Assembly: GCA_001795615.1 (NCBI GenBank)
Contig: MGKI01000014.1
Coordinates: forward strand, 69,380-133,379
Source: Candidatus Yanofskybacteria bacterium RIFCSPLOWO2_01_FULL_42_49
GTDB lineage: Bacteria; Patescibacteriota; Minisyncoccia; 2-02-FULL-40-12; GWA2-44-9
Reading direction: 5' to 3'
DNA: 64,000 nt
In this document: positions 37,193 to 46,668 of the stretch, piece after piece
Numbering within the stretch: the stretch's first letter is position 1
Layout: the number at the start of each line of letters is the position of its first letter
Notes under the pieces: generated by a model
Told to the model about the DNA's origin: nothing
Databases searched by the model: none
What the model saw: the letters and a program-made list of their open reading frames with translations, nothing else
Program-made: the position numbers and the translations under genes

Positions 37193-38093
37193 TTTTTTGG
37201 AGAATCAATTCTAACTCATCTTTAAGATTAGGCATTTTAAGGCCAAGTTTAGCGGCTTTATCAATATTAAACCACATCTCCTTGGGCCGAGCAGCAAAAT
37301 TTCCAGGCATATTATCAACAGAGATTATCTTGGCTTCACCAGAAAAATTAGGAAATTTACTAATAACCACCTGCCCTATTTCAGCTTTGGACAATCGATC
37401 CCTGCTTCCGATATGAAGAATCCCTTTTGACAGAACTTCTGGGACTTTTAACAACAGTCCTGCGAGAGTTTTAGCGCTTATCGCGTTAATATATACATCG
37501 CTAAAAAGGTTGAACGACCTATTGTTGCTAACTGAATCCACAAGCCACTCTATAAAATTAGCTTGGGGTCGGCCAATACTGTGAATACCAATGGGTACGA
37601 CCCTGACCACTATTCCTTGATTGTAAGCTAAAACAGCTTCTTCTCCCAACAACTTGGTCCATGAGTAAAAATTTTTAGGATCCGGCGTGTCGCTTTCTTT
37701 ATAGTTCCCTTTCACTCCAGAAAAAACGGAACCAGTTGATATGTATATTAATTTCGCCCCCTGCTTCTTTGCCAATTCGGTAATATTTCTCGTCCCCACA
37801 ACATTGACTCGCCAACAATCCTCTCTGTTTTTCTCGCACTTATCAATATTTGTCATTGATGCACAATGAAATATCGTATTGATTTTACCTATTTTCTTAT
37901 CTAAAAAATTAACGGCTTTGGCGACACCAATGTCGCATTTTAAGTTTACATAATCCTTATCAGTTAAATTTGGATTCTCGTTATAAGTACCGATCACACC
38001 ATAACCGCTTTTCTTGGCGCAACGAGTCAACTCCAAACCCAAAAGACCGCTTGCTCCGGTTACTAAAATTTTATTTTTTGTTGATCTTTTCAT
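37170..38093 (-). CDS. RmlD-like NAD(P)-dependent sugar-nucleotide reductase (dTDP-4-dehydrorhamnose reductase family), paralog 1
   Basis: KILVTGASGLLG Rossmann motif, length ~300 aa, and a conserved C-terminal block shared with 43949-44845. Confidence 0.6.
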   Translation of the reverse strand: MKRSTKNKILVTGASGLLGLELTRCAKKSGYGVIGTYNENPNLTDKDYVNLKCDIGVAKAVNFLDKKIGKINTIFHCASMTNIDKCEKNREDCWRVNVVGTRNITELAKKQGAKLIYISTGSVFSGVKGNYKESDTPDPKNFYSWTKLLGEEAVLAYNQGIVVRVVPIGIHSIGRPQANFIEWLVDSVSNNRSFNLFSDVYINAISAKTLAGLLLKVPEVLSKGILHIGSRDRLSKAEIGQVVISKFPNFSGEAKIISVDNMPGNFAARPKEMWFNIDKAAKLGLKMPNLKDELELILQKNDSNTKK

Positions 38094-38259
38094 TAAAAAA
38101 GTATTATCCGAATATTACTGTAAAAACTAAATTTTATCAACTGACAGAGAGAGACGCCGCTAAGGTATTGAGCCCGTTAAAGGAGCATGTGACAAATATA
38201 GTTAGTTATGTTAGAGTAATTCGAAATCGTTCTTAAACAACAAGGCGGAAAGGATAGCT

Positions 38260-39273
38260 ATGAAAAAAGACGTTCCGTCAATTTTGCTTGTTGGTGTAGG
38301 GTGGTGGGGCGGAAACCATTTGCGAATTTTGCTCAAGTTGCAAGCCATGAAGCTTTGCCGCTTGGTGGGCGTTCAGGCTAATAATCAGAACGTACTCCAA
38401 TACGTTGGCGGAGAATTTGGGGTCAAGACATTTTGCAATGATCAAGGACTAGAAGAAGCTGACGCTGTTGTTATCGCAACTCCAACGCACAACCACTTTG
38501 CAATAGCAGAGAAAGCGTTATTGGCAGGAAAAGATGTGCTTATAGAAAAACCACTGACCCAAACCCTAGAAGAAGCGTATAAGCTCAAAAAAATTCATGC
38601 CAATTCCTCGCAGATATTTATGGTGGGCCACACCTTTCGCTATAATCCGGCTGTGGATTGTGTCAAGAAACTTCTGTCAGATGGGGAAATAGGAAACATC
38701 CGATTTTTCCGAGGGCATTTCATGGGTCTTAGATCCAAAGAACAAGACGCTGGAATTCTCGCCACGGTTGCAATTCATTTTATTTACACATCAAATTATT
38801 TCATAGGCAGACTTCCAAAAAAGGTGTGGGCAAAAACAAATTACTTTCTGGATTCAAAACTAGAAGACCATTGCCTTGTACGGCTTGATTATAATCCGGA
38901 ATTTAGTCTTATTGAATCGGACTACTTTACTCCGGGCAAGTGGAGAACGTTTGATATCATCGGAACACAGGGAGCCATCTTCCTAGACGCACTTAACCAA
39001 AAAGTAGAATTGCACCAAAAAAGACACATATACACGGAATGTGGGTTTGAAGTATATGACGGAAATACAATGTATCCTAATTTAGAGTTTCAAGAACCCC
39101 TATATTTGGAACTTAGCCACTTCGTGAAATGTGTCCAACAAAGGACAGAACCTCTTACTGGGATTGAAGAGAGTATAAATGTTTTGGAAATTATTGAAGC
39201 AGCTTACGAATCGTCCCGTTCCGACCAAACAGTAATACTTGACACCCGGCCAACAACAGAAAGGAGAAGGTAG
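38260..39273 (+). CDS. Gfo/Idh/MocA-family NAD(P)-dependent oxidoreductase
   Basis: N-terminal ILLVGVGWWGGNHLR Rossmann fold and the EKPL motif (LIEKPLTQT). An AAAGGA SD precedes the start. Confidence 0.75.
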   Translation: MKKDVPSILLVGVGWWGGNHLRILLKLQAMKLCRLVGVQANNQNVLQYVGGEFGVKTFCNDQGLEEADAVVIATPTHNHFAIAEKALLAGKDVLIEKPLTQTLEEAYKLKKIHANSSQIFMVGHTFRYNPAVDCVKKLLSDGEIGNIRFFRGHFMGLRSKEQDAGILATVAIHFIYTSNYFIGRLPKKVWAKTNYFLDSKLEDHCLVRLDYNPEFSLIESDYFTPGKWRTFDIIGTQGAIFLDALNQKVELHQKRHIYTECGFEVYDGNTMYPNLEFQEPLYLELSHFVKCVQQRTEPLTGIEESINVLEIIEAAYESSRSDQTVILDTRPTTERRR

Positions 39274-40506
39274 ATGTCAAAGAAAAGCGTTCGTTGTCAA
39301 ATATGTGAAAGCACCACAAAGCAATTTTTAGACCTAGGCGAACATCCTCCATGCAACTTTCTAAACGAGCACGAACTGCAGCAGGAAATTTTGTACCCCA
39401 TGGTAGTCCATTTTTGCCCAGTGTGCAGTCTCGTACAATTAGGCAAACCTGTTAACCAGGAAGCGCTTTTTTTGCCTCATACTGGCTATCACCATATAGC
39501 CGCATTGTCATCAAGCTTCTCAAAACACCTTGATGTTCTGGCTTCTAAAACAGCAAAGAAATTTAATCTTAAGCCAAAAGATCTGGTAGTTGAGATCGGA
39601 GCAAACGACGGCGCCTTGCTTGAAGCGTTCCAAAAGAAAAATGTAAGAGTACTAGGAGTTGATCCGTCTGATATTGCCGAAATCGCCGCCAATAGAGGAC
39701 TCCCCGTCTTAAAGAAGTTCTTCAATGAGGAAATTGCATCTGAAATAGTCGACACCTGTGGCCAAGCAAGAATTATGACTGCATTAAATGTTTTTGCCCA
39801 CTTATCTTCGCTTCACTCTGTTGTAAGAGGAATTGAAAAATTACTTACCGCTGATGGAGTTTTTGTCAGTGAAAATGGTTACATATTGGATCTGATCAGA
39901 GATATGCAGTATGACTTCATCTATCAAGAACATCTGCGTTATTATTCCTTGCATGCATTAATTTACTTGTTTAACATGTCTGGTATGGATGTGTTTGATG
40001 TAGAACGGATCCCTGAACACGGCGGTTCCATAAGAGTATTTGCCTGCAAAAAAGGTGCTTATCGGATCTCGAATTCGGTAACAGTTCTCCTTAAAGAAGA
40101 GGTGCGATTCGGACTTAATACATTTGACACTTATATGGAATTTTCCAAAAAGGTCAAAGATCATCGAAAAAGTTTAAGAAAGATGTTGGAAAAAATTCGA
40201 GCAGAAGGCGGAACAATTGCCGGTCTTACATTTCCAGCCAGAGCAGAAACGCTTCTTACTTATTGCGGAATTGGTCCAAAAATAATTAGTTATGTTACCG
40301 AGTGGAGCGACATTAAAATTGGCAAGTTCACTCCGGGAACCCACATCAAGGTTGTGGACCAGGACATACTCTTCGGCGACAAAGCACCAGACTATGGCCT
40401 CATGCTATCCTGGCACATTCAAGAAGAGCTTATAGCTCGCTTTAGGAAAAACGGTTTCAAGGGAAAATTCATTATCCCCTTGCCGACACCGGCTATTATA
40501 TCCTGA
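39274..40506 (+). CDS. NDP-hexose C-methyltransferase (TylC3/Methyltransf_13-14 architecture)
   Basis: An N-terminal Cys4 zinc-ribbon CQIC...CNFL...CPVC is followed by the SAM motif VVEIGANDGALL and the family-typical C-terminal domain. Confidence 0.7.
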   Translation: MSKKSVRCQICESTTKQFLDLGEHPPCNFLNEHELQQEILYPMVVHFCPVCSLVQLGKPVNQEALFLPHTGYHHIAALSSSFSKHLDVLASKTAKKFNLKPKDLVVEIGANDGALLEAFQKKNVRVLGVDPSDIAEIAANRGLPVLKKFFNEEIASEIVDTCGQARIMTALNVFAHLSSLHSVVRGIEKLLTADGVFVSENGYILDLIRDMQYDFIYQEHLRYYSLHALIYLFNMSGMDVFDVERIPEHGGSIRVFACKKGAYRISNSVTVLLKEEVRFGLNTFDTYMEFSKKVKDHRKSLRKMLEKIRAEGGTIAGLTFPARAETLLTYCGIGPKIISYVTEWSDIKIGKFTPGTHIKVVDQDILFGDKAPDYGLMLSWHIQEELIARFRKNGFKGKFIIPLPTPAIIS

Positions 40507-40508
40507 TA

Positions 40509-40556
40509 TAAAACATCACCCCCACTCCACGAAACGGATCAGGGGGTTTTATGTTT
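40509..40556. terminator. Bidirectional hairpin between convergent genes
   Basis: AAAAC-ATCA-CCCCC...GGGGG-TTTT. The loop is long, so this is a weaker call. Confidence 0.4.
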
Positions 40557-40572
40557 ATATTGGCTCCGATAT

Positions 40573-41514
40573 TTATTCGCCTGCCGACATCTTCTTTATC
40601 TTCTTTCTTGCAATATCTATGCCATAAGCAAAGAAGTCATATCTCCTGGGGCTTGTAAAATGTTTCATAACTGTGTTTTCACCGGGCCTACCTTTAATTA
40701 TATATGTGTCGACTGGAAAAAAATCAAAATTAACCTGAGATATTAATGACCCCCAACCGGACATACCCACAAGATAGTCTTTAACTTCTCTTTTTGTGTT
40801 TCTAAAATAATTTACGAACATATCCAGCGTAAATTTTTTTCTATTAATTAATATGAGTCCGGAGTTCATAAAATCAGCATGCTTTTCTATTAACTGATGT
40901 CTTTGCTCATATTCCTTACTAACCATTAAATCATAGACCCCCTGACGAGAAACCAGGGCATCAAATTGACTTTTTCCGTTAACAAAATTGATAATCTCAT
41001 CGGGCCTCTTGAAGAAAAGTATATCCGTATCGCATATCATTACTTTTTTAGCGCTACTTAACAAGAAGAGGTCAAAAAACTCCAATATTACCGCATGCCC
41101 ACCACCCCTATACTTTCTTATATCGTCCGGCAAGCCGGGATATTTTTCAATAAGCCGATCCGCCTCAACCTTGAATAAAACCTTCAAATTTCTAAACCTC
41201 TTCTCTAAAACAGAAGCTGATTTTTTATTAAATGACCCGTCGTCGTGGACAATAATATTAGGGCATAATTTAGAAAAATACAAAAAAGATTTCAATGCCC
41301 ACTCCAACATTCTAATATCACTTTTTTGACACAGAACATGGATTTCAAAACCAGGATCAGCGGAACATTCCTGTCCGAGCAACTTGGGCAGAAACAGATG
41401 ACTAAAGAGTTTATTCTTAAAATAGTTGAAATAATCTATGGCATGATATTTCTGACTAAACAACCTCCTTATAAAAAAGAGCTCTATCTTTATTTTTTTA
41501 AATATAGCTAACAT
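40573..41514 (-). CDS. Uncharacterised protein, possibly a GT-A-like nucleotide-sugar transferase
   Basis: 313 aa. The call rests on an IVHDDGS segment resembling a GT2 DxD region. No other family signature was recognised. Confidence 0.3.
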   Translation of the reverse strand: MLAIFKKIKIELFFIRRLFSQKYHAIDYFNYFKNKLFSHLFLPKLLGQECSADPGFEIHVLCQKSDIRMLEWALKSFLYFSKLCPNIIVHDDGSFNKKSASVLEKRFRNLKVLFKVEADRLIEKYPGLPDDIRKYRGGGHAVILEFFDLFLLSSAKKVMICDTDILFFKRPDEIINFVNGKSQFDALVSRQGVYDLMVSKEYEQRHQLIEKHADFMNSGLILINRKKFTLDMFVNYFRNTKREVKDYLVGMSGWGSLISQVNFDFFPVDTYIIKGRPGENTVMKHFTSPRRYDFFAYGIDIARKKIKKMSAGE

Positions 41515-41605
41515 CGTTATTATTATTAAATATTTATTATTTTACTTGATTTGTTGTCTTCCCTTTGATACCATGCCACCATATCACAAGATTACATTTA
41601 AATAA

Positions 41606-42808
41606 ATGACCGGCATTACAACGGCGGGGAATGTCACTAAAATGGTAGATAAACATAAAAAAAACAACGATGTTAAGATCCTTAGAGATAACCCTAAACA
41701 AGTTGTCGGCATTATTGGGGGTGGTATTTTTGGAATTCTAACAGCTCTCGAAGTGGCGAAGAAGGGCTATTCAGTTATTATTTTTGAAAAAGAAAAAGAT
41801 GTCATAACGGGAGCATCGCTTGTCAACCATTGTAGGGTTCATATGGGCTATCATTATCCCAGAGATAAAAAAACTGTCACACAAAGCTTAAAAGCTAAAA
41901 CACCATTTGAAAATTTCTTTGGTAAATCGATAGTAAGAAAAATAAATAATTACTATATGGTCGCGAAGGAAGGAAGCATGACCGACCATAGAGATTTCTT
42001 GTCATTTTGTAAAAAAACAAACTTGCCACATAAAATATCATGGCCTTCTGGCTTAAAAATATCGAAAGAAAAAATAGCCGTTAGCGTCAAGGTGCCGGAA
42101 AAAGTTTTTGATGCTAACAGAAAAAGAGATTTTCTTCTTAAAAAAATATCGAGGGAAAAAAATATCACCCTACTGACAGATGCGGAGGTTGTAGACATCA
42201 AAAAAAGTAACGACGGATTTGTAGTAAGCCACGGATTAGGTGAAAACAAAAAAATTACCAACTGCACAGCCTTGGTAAATGCAACATACAGCGCGATAAA
42301 TCATATTAACAATCTGCTTGGCTTGCCGCTCCAAACATTTCAGTATGAGCTATGTGAATTGCCTGTGGCCCTTGCACCGTGGAAAGGTACCGGTTGGATG
42401 ATTATGGATGGACCGTTTTTCAGTGCAATGCCTTTTGGTTACTCAAAAAACCATCTTTTTTATGATGTTGAACTTTCTGTTTTAGAAAGAACCATCGGCA
42501 AAACTCCAAATTTCAAATTCGGAATAGATTACTATGATACTAAAAAAAGAAGGCTGGAAAGATTCAATAAATACAAAGAAAAGTGGAAATATTGGATTGG
42601 AGAAATTAAGGGTTGCAGATATCTTTATTCCATGTACACCACAAGGGTTGTTTTACCAAAAGTAGAAAAAACAGACATGCGCCCTACCATAATAAAAGAA
42701 CTTATGCCCGGTTTTTGGCAGATTTTTTCTGGAAAAGTTACTACCAGTGTACCAGGATCAATAGAAATTAGTAACAAAATCGATAGATTCCTAAAAAGAA
42801 AGTCCTAG
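41606..42808 (+). CDS. FAD-dependent oxidoreductase
   Basis: N-terminal dinucleotide-binding VVGIIGGGIFGILTALEVAKKGYSVIIFEKE. Length is 400 aa. Confidence 0.6.
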   Translation: MTGITTAGNVTKMVDKHKKNNDVKILRDNPKQVVGIIGGGIFGILTALEVAKKGYSVIIFEKEKDVITGASLVNHCRVHMGYHYPRDKKTVTQSLKAKTPFENFFGKSIVRKINNYYMVAKEGSMTDHRDFLSFCKKTNLPHKISWPSGLKISKEKIAVSVKVPEKVFDANRKRDFLLKKISREKNITLLTDAEVVDIKKSNDGFVVSHGLGENKKITNCTALVNATYSAINHINNLLGLPLQTFQYELCELPVALAPWKGTGWMIMDGPFFSAMPFGYSKNHLFYDVELSVLERTIGKTPNFKFGIDYYDTKKRRLERFNKYKEKWKYWIGEIKGCRYLYSMYTTRVVLPKVEKTDMRPTIIKELMPGFWQIFSGKVTTSVPGSIEISNKIDRFLKRKS

Positions 42809-43945
42809 GTAAGCTCCGATTCTTTCTGCTCTTTTCTGCCAAGTATAATTCTTAACATCTTCAAGCCCTTTGGCAGATATCTGATTACATATATCCTGAT
42901 GTTCTAGAGCCTTTATTATGCCATTGGATAAGTCTAAGTTATCATCCGGTTTTACTAAAATAGCATTGTTTTGATTCAAAATTTCTCCTATCGACTCAAG
43001 GTTAGATGCAACTATTGGTCTCCCTGAAGCCATATATTCGAAAAGTTTAAGCGGCGAGGTGTAGCTTGATATCTTATTACTGGCCGAATTAGGTAGAACC
43101 AAAATGTCGGCTGCTTTCAAAAATAACGGCATCTCTTTGTGTGGTTTCTGTCCCAATATCAAAGTGTTGCTCAGGCCTTCAGCTTTTTTTTTAAATTGTT
43201 TTAGGTCATATTCCGTCCCTCCAACAAAAACGAACAGAATGCCTCCTTTTTTCTCAAAATCAGAAATTCTAAATTCAAAATTACGCGCTACTTCTAGCAG
43301 CACATCAGCCCCCTTCCAATCAAATAAATGTCCGGCATACATAATGATCTTCTGATCTTTTGGTAAATTAGTTTTTGACCGAGCTTCTTCTTTGGGAATG
43401 TCCACATCAAATAAGTCCATATCAACGCCGTCATGGGCAACCAAAATACTTACCGGAAAACCAAACTTAACAAAATCTTTTTTTATTGCTTCTGAGATAA
43501 CTACGACCCTAACGCCTTTTTTCTTAAATCGATTGTAAAAAGATTTTCTCTTTGGTGAAAATCTGTGCGCTTCAAAAATTAAGTTGTTTTTAAAAAAACT
43601 CAAAAAATATATCGGCCATTCATCGCGGGAATAGATAAAATCGGCACCAGAAAATAAACCATAAAAAGCTAGAAAAAGGGCAGAGATAAAACTTTTCACG
43701 ACAACTGAAATTTTATCTAAAGAACCAGACAAATAAAAATCAACGGCCGGAATTACTTTAATTTTAAAATTCTTTTTGATACCATAATAATTAAAAAAAT
43801 CTCTATGGGGATTTTTCCTATAGGGATATGCTAGTAAAACCTCCAAACCGATGCCAGCAAAAGCCGAACACATTTCCGCAATTTGAATGCCATATGCTTT
43901 TTCTGTCGGTAATCGCAAATTTGATAAATAAAGAAGTTTTTTCAC
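42791..43945 (-). CDS. GT4-family glycosyltransferase
   Basis: C-terminal EYMASGRPIVASNLESIGEIL. Confidence 0.75.
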   Translation of the reverse strand: MKKLLYLSNLRLPTEKAYGIQIAEMCSAFAGIGLEVLLAYPYRKNPHRDFFNYYGIKKNFKIKVIPAVDFYLSGSLDKISVVVKSFISALFLAFYGLFSGADFIYSRDEWPIYFLSFFKNNLIFEAHRFSPKRKSFYNRFKKKGVRVVVISEAIKKDFVKFGFPVSILVAHDGVDMDLFDVDIPKEEARSKTNLPKDQKIIMYAGHLFDWKGADVLLEVARNFEFRISDFEKKGGILFVFVGGTEYDLKQFKKKAEGLSNTLILGQKPHKEMPLFLKAADILVLPNSASNKISSYTSPLKLFEYMASGRPIVASNLESIGEILNQNNAILVKPDDNLDLSNGIIKALEHQDICNQISAKGLEDVKNYTWQKRAERIGAYLGLSF

Positions 43946-43948
43946 TTT

Positions 43949-44845
43949 TTAATTATTCGAAATTTCCTTTAAAACTAGCCCCACTTCATCTTTCCAATCT
44001 GGCAAAGAAAAACCCATATCAGTAGCTTTTTGTACATTTAACCACATCTCATGCGGACGCAAAGCAACCTTTCCGGCTTGAGTTTTATTCACGCTTAACC
44101 TAGTTACTTTGCCGGAATAATTTGGAAACAGTTTTACTACCTCTTCCCATATTTGTGCCTTATTAACTCGGTTTTTGCTGCCTAAATGCAAAACGCCAGG
44201 CCTGAAATTATTAATAACATCGCCGATAATCAAAGCCAGAGTTGCAGTACTAATCGGATTTATCACCACATCCGTAAATAAGCTGAATGAGCGATTGTTT
44301 GACGCCATATCAACAAACCACTGCATAAAACTGGGATGAGCGCCCAGTGGTCGTTTGCCTATGGGATTTGCCCTTAAAACAAGGCCCTTTTTATATTTTA
44401 TGACAATTTTCTCCGCTTCATTTTTAGTTTTACCGTAATAGTTAACCGGATCAGTTTTATCATTTTCAACATAGTTGCCTTTTTTCCCAGAAAACACCAT
44501 CGGCGTAGAAATATAAATAAAATGAGCACCTAAAGATTCAGCCAAATCTAACAAATTTTCAGTTCCATAAATATTTACTTTACGGCAAATAGATTTGTTT
44601 AATTCGCAAAAATTAACATCTGTAACTGCGGCGCAGTGAATTATGGTTTGGATATTTTTAAACCAGCGGGGATGTACTTTTTCAGTTATATCAAGGCTAA
44701 CCTTGCTAATGTGTTTGCCGCTAGGAACAAATTCTTCGTTGGAATTATAAGCCGCCAGAACAGGAAATCCTTTTCTGGCTAAAATATCTGAGATTTTAGA
44801 GCCCAGCATTCCGCTGGCCCCGGTAATTAATATTTTTTGTTTCAT
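43949..44845 (-). CDS. RmlD-like sugar-nucleotide reductase, paralog 2
   Basis: KILITGASGMLG. It shares its architecture and a C-terminal block with 37170-38093. Confidence 0.6.
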   Translation of the reverse strand: MKQKILITGASGMLGSKISDILARKGFPVLAAYNSNEEFVPSGKHISKVSLDITEKVHPRWFKNIQTIIHCAAVTDVNFCELNKSICRKVNIYGTENLLDLAESLGAHFIYISTPMVFSGKKGNYVENDKTDPVNYYGKTKNEAEKIVIKYKKGLVLRANPIGKRPLGAHPSFMQWFVDMASNNRSFSLFTDVVINPISTATLALIIGDVINNFRPGVLHLGSKNRVNKAQIWEEVVKLFPNYSGKVTRLSVNKTQAGKVALRPHEMWLNVQKATDMGFSLPDWKDEVGLVLKEISNN

Positions 44846-46023
44846 AAAGAATTAAGGAACTTCTCCATCCGTTCAGCCGTAGAACGATGGCTAAAATGTT
44901 CAACAACATATTTTCTACCCGCCTTACCCATGGTTTCTCTCAAATTATCATCCATAATAATTTTTTTCATCGCTCTATAAATATCATCGGGCTCGCTTTT
45001 TTCCACTAATATTCCTGTCTTACCATCTAAAACAGTTTCTTCTAGTGACCCGGTTTTGCTTGTAATAACCGGGGTGCCGCAAGCTTGTGCTTGAAGCATC
45101 AAAAGCCCCCACTGTTCCTCCCAACCCTCAAAAGGAACTGATGGGTGAACCATTATATCCGATTGGGCATAAATGGGAGCCAATTCATTTAGTGGCTGCC
45201 AAGGTAGCAGTGTAACCCTGTTTTTAATACCAGATTCTTCTATTATCTGCCTGACCCTGGATTCTAATTCGCCGGTTCCTATAATTACTAAATGGGCATC
45301 GATAATCTCTCTAGAAAGCATCTTGAATGCTTCAATGGTTTGTAAAGTTCCCTTCCTAGATGTAAATGTGGCTGAATAGGTAATAACTTTTTTGCCAATT
45401 AGACCGTATTTTACTCTAAAATCATTTTCGGCTTCTGGATTAAAGGTGTCCGTATCCACTCCGGCTTGGTTGAATACAGCAATTTTTATATTTGGATTAT
45501 ATCTTTCGAAATAATCTTTATGTATCTCATACGCTTTCTGCATTCCGCAAACTCCGGCTGCACTTAATTCTATATTCTTTTTTAACAACCACTCTATTAA
45601 TTTCAACTTAAAACCTGATAGCCGGCCGCGATAAGGAACATTCTGCCAAGTAAAAAAAACATGTTTAAGCTTTAAATTTTTAGCAATAAGACCATAAATA
45701 TATGTAACCAGCAGATTTGGCTCATAGGCACTAAAAAAAATATCGCCTGGCCTTGATTCCTTTTTTAATATAAACCAAAGCATCGGCATCCAACCCTTCA
45801 ACTGTCCTCTGATAATCGGGTACTTAGAATGATAAAATAATGTCGAAGCGGAAATAACTTTGATGTTTTTTAATTTTGGAGAAAAGACCGTCTTTTTACT
45901 ACCCTTGGTTGATTTCCATTTTTTAGGCACAACCAAGACAAGGTTGTTTTTGTTTATAAAGTAATCAAAGACTCGGTAATTATGGTCGTATATGTAAGTA
46001 TAGGAAGTAGAAAAAATTCGCAT
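44842..46023 (-). CDS. GT4-family glycosyltransferase
   Basis: C-terminal QAQACGTPVITSKTGSLEETV. Confidence 0.75.
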   Translation of the reverse strand: MRIFSTSYTYIYDHNYRVFDYFINKNNLVLVVPKKWKSTKGSKKTVFSPKLKNIKVISASTLFYHSKYPIIRGQLKGWMPMLWFILKKESRPGDIFFSAYEPNLLVTYIYGLIAKNLKLKHVFFTWQNVPYRGRLSGFKLKLIEWLLKKNIELSAAGVCGMQKAYEIHKDYFERYNPNIKIAVFNQAGVDTDTFNPEAENDFRVKYGLIGKKVITYSATFTSRKGTLQTIEAFKMLSREIIDAHLVIIGTGELESRVRQIIEESGIKNRVTLLPWQPLNELAPIYAQSDIMVHPSVPFEGWEEQWGLLMLQAQACGTPVITSKTGSLEETVLDGKTGILVEKSEPDDIYRAMKKIIMDDNLRETMGKAGRKYVVEHFSHRSTAERMEKFLNSL

Positions 46024-46041
46024 GTGTGTCGAGGATTAATT

Positions 46042-46668
46042 TTAGGACCGCTTTGGTTTTAAATAAAAACAAACCTGAAAACCGAAAAGATTTGGCCAAA
46101 TATCACGCAATATTTTTCTTCCATTGGAAGAACATATCTCTTTTACCTCAAACCCAGAGTTTTCAGCGGTTTTTATAAAATCATTGACTGACCAGTATCT
46201 TAGATGCTCTTCTGGGGCAATTGCCCATTGCTTAGGAAATTTACCCGATAAAAGCTGGAGACGGAATTTCCAATAAGCAATGTTGGGTATTGATATCAGA
46301 ACACCTTTTTTAGCTATTCGGCCAACAACCCTAAGGACTTCCTCTGAATTAGGAATATGTTCAATAAATTCGGACATAATCACAAAATCAAAACTTTCTG
46401 GGTCAAATTTGCTTATATCGCTTGAAGCGTCAAGTTGAATAACTTTCAAACCCCGGCTTCTGGCTGAATTTAGAGCGGTTTCAGAAATATCAGCACCAGT
46501 ATAATCTACTTTTTTGTTACTAACCAAAAATTCCCCGAAATATCCATCGCCACAGCCAATGTCAAGAACTTTTGAACCGGATGGCATCCAATTAGAAAAA
46601 ATATGATAACGGGGTCGATTGCCTGATTTTCCTCTTTTTCGCCAATAATTCTCGTAGAAAATTTTCAT
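46042..46668 (-). CDS. Class I SAM-dependent methyltransferase
   Basis: VLDIGCGDGYFG (motif I). Length is 208 aa. Confidence 0.75.
   Translation of the reverse strand: MKIFYENYWRKRGKSGNRPRYHIFSNWMPSGSKVLDIGCGDGYFGEFLVSNKKVDYTGADISETALNSARSRGLKVIQLDASSDISKFDPESFDFVIMSEFIEHIPNSEEVLRVVGRIAKKGVLISIPNIAYWKFRLQLLSGKFPKQWAIAPEEHLRYWSVNDFIKTAENSGFEVKEICSSNGRKILRDIWPNLFGFQVCFYLKPKRS

Noticed and set aside
37970-38236. 88 aa + strand ORF in the divergent intergenic region before the Gfo/Idh/MocA gene
   Set aside because: It overlaps the 5' end of the - strand RmlD-like gene and the promoter region. No motif or RBS is evident, so it is likely spurious.
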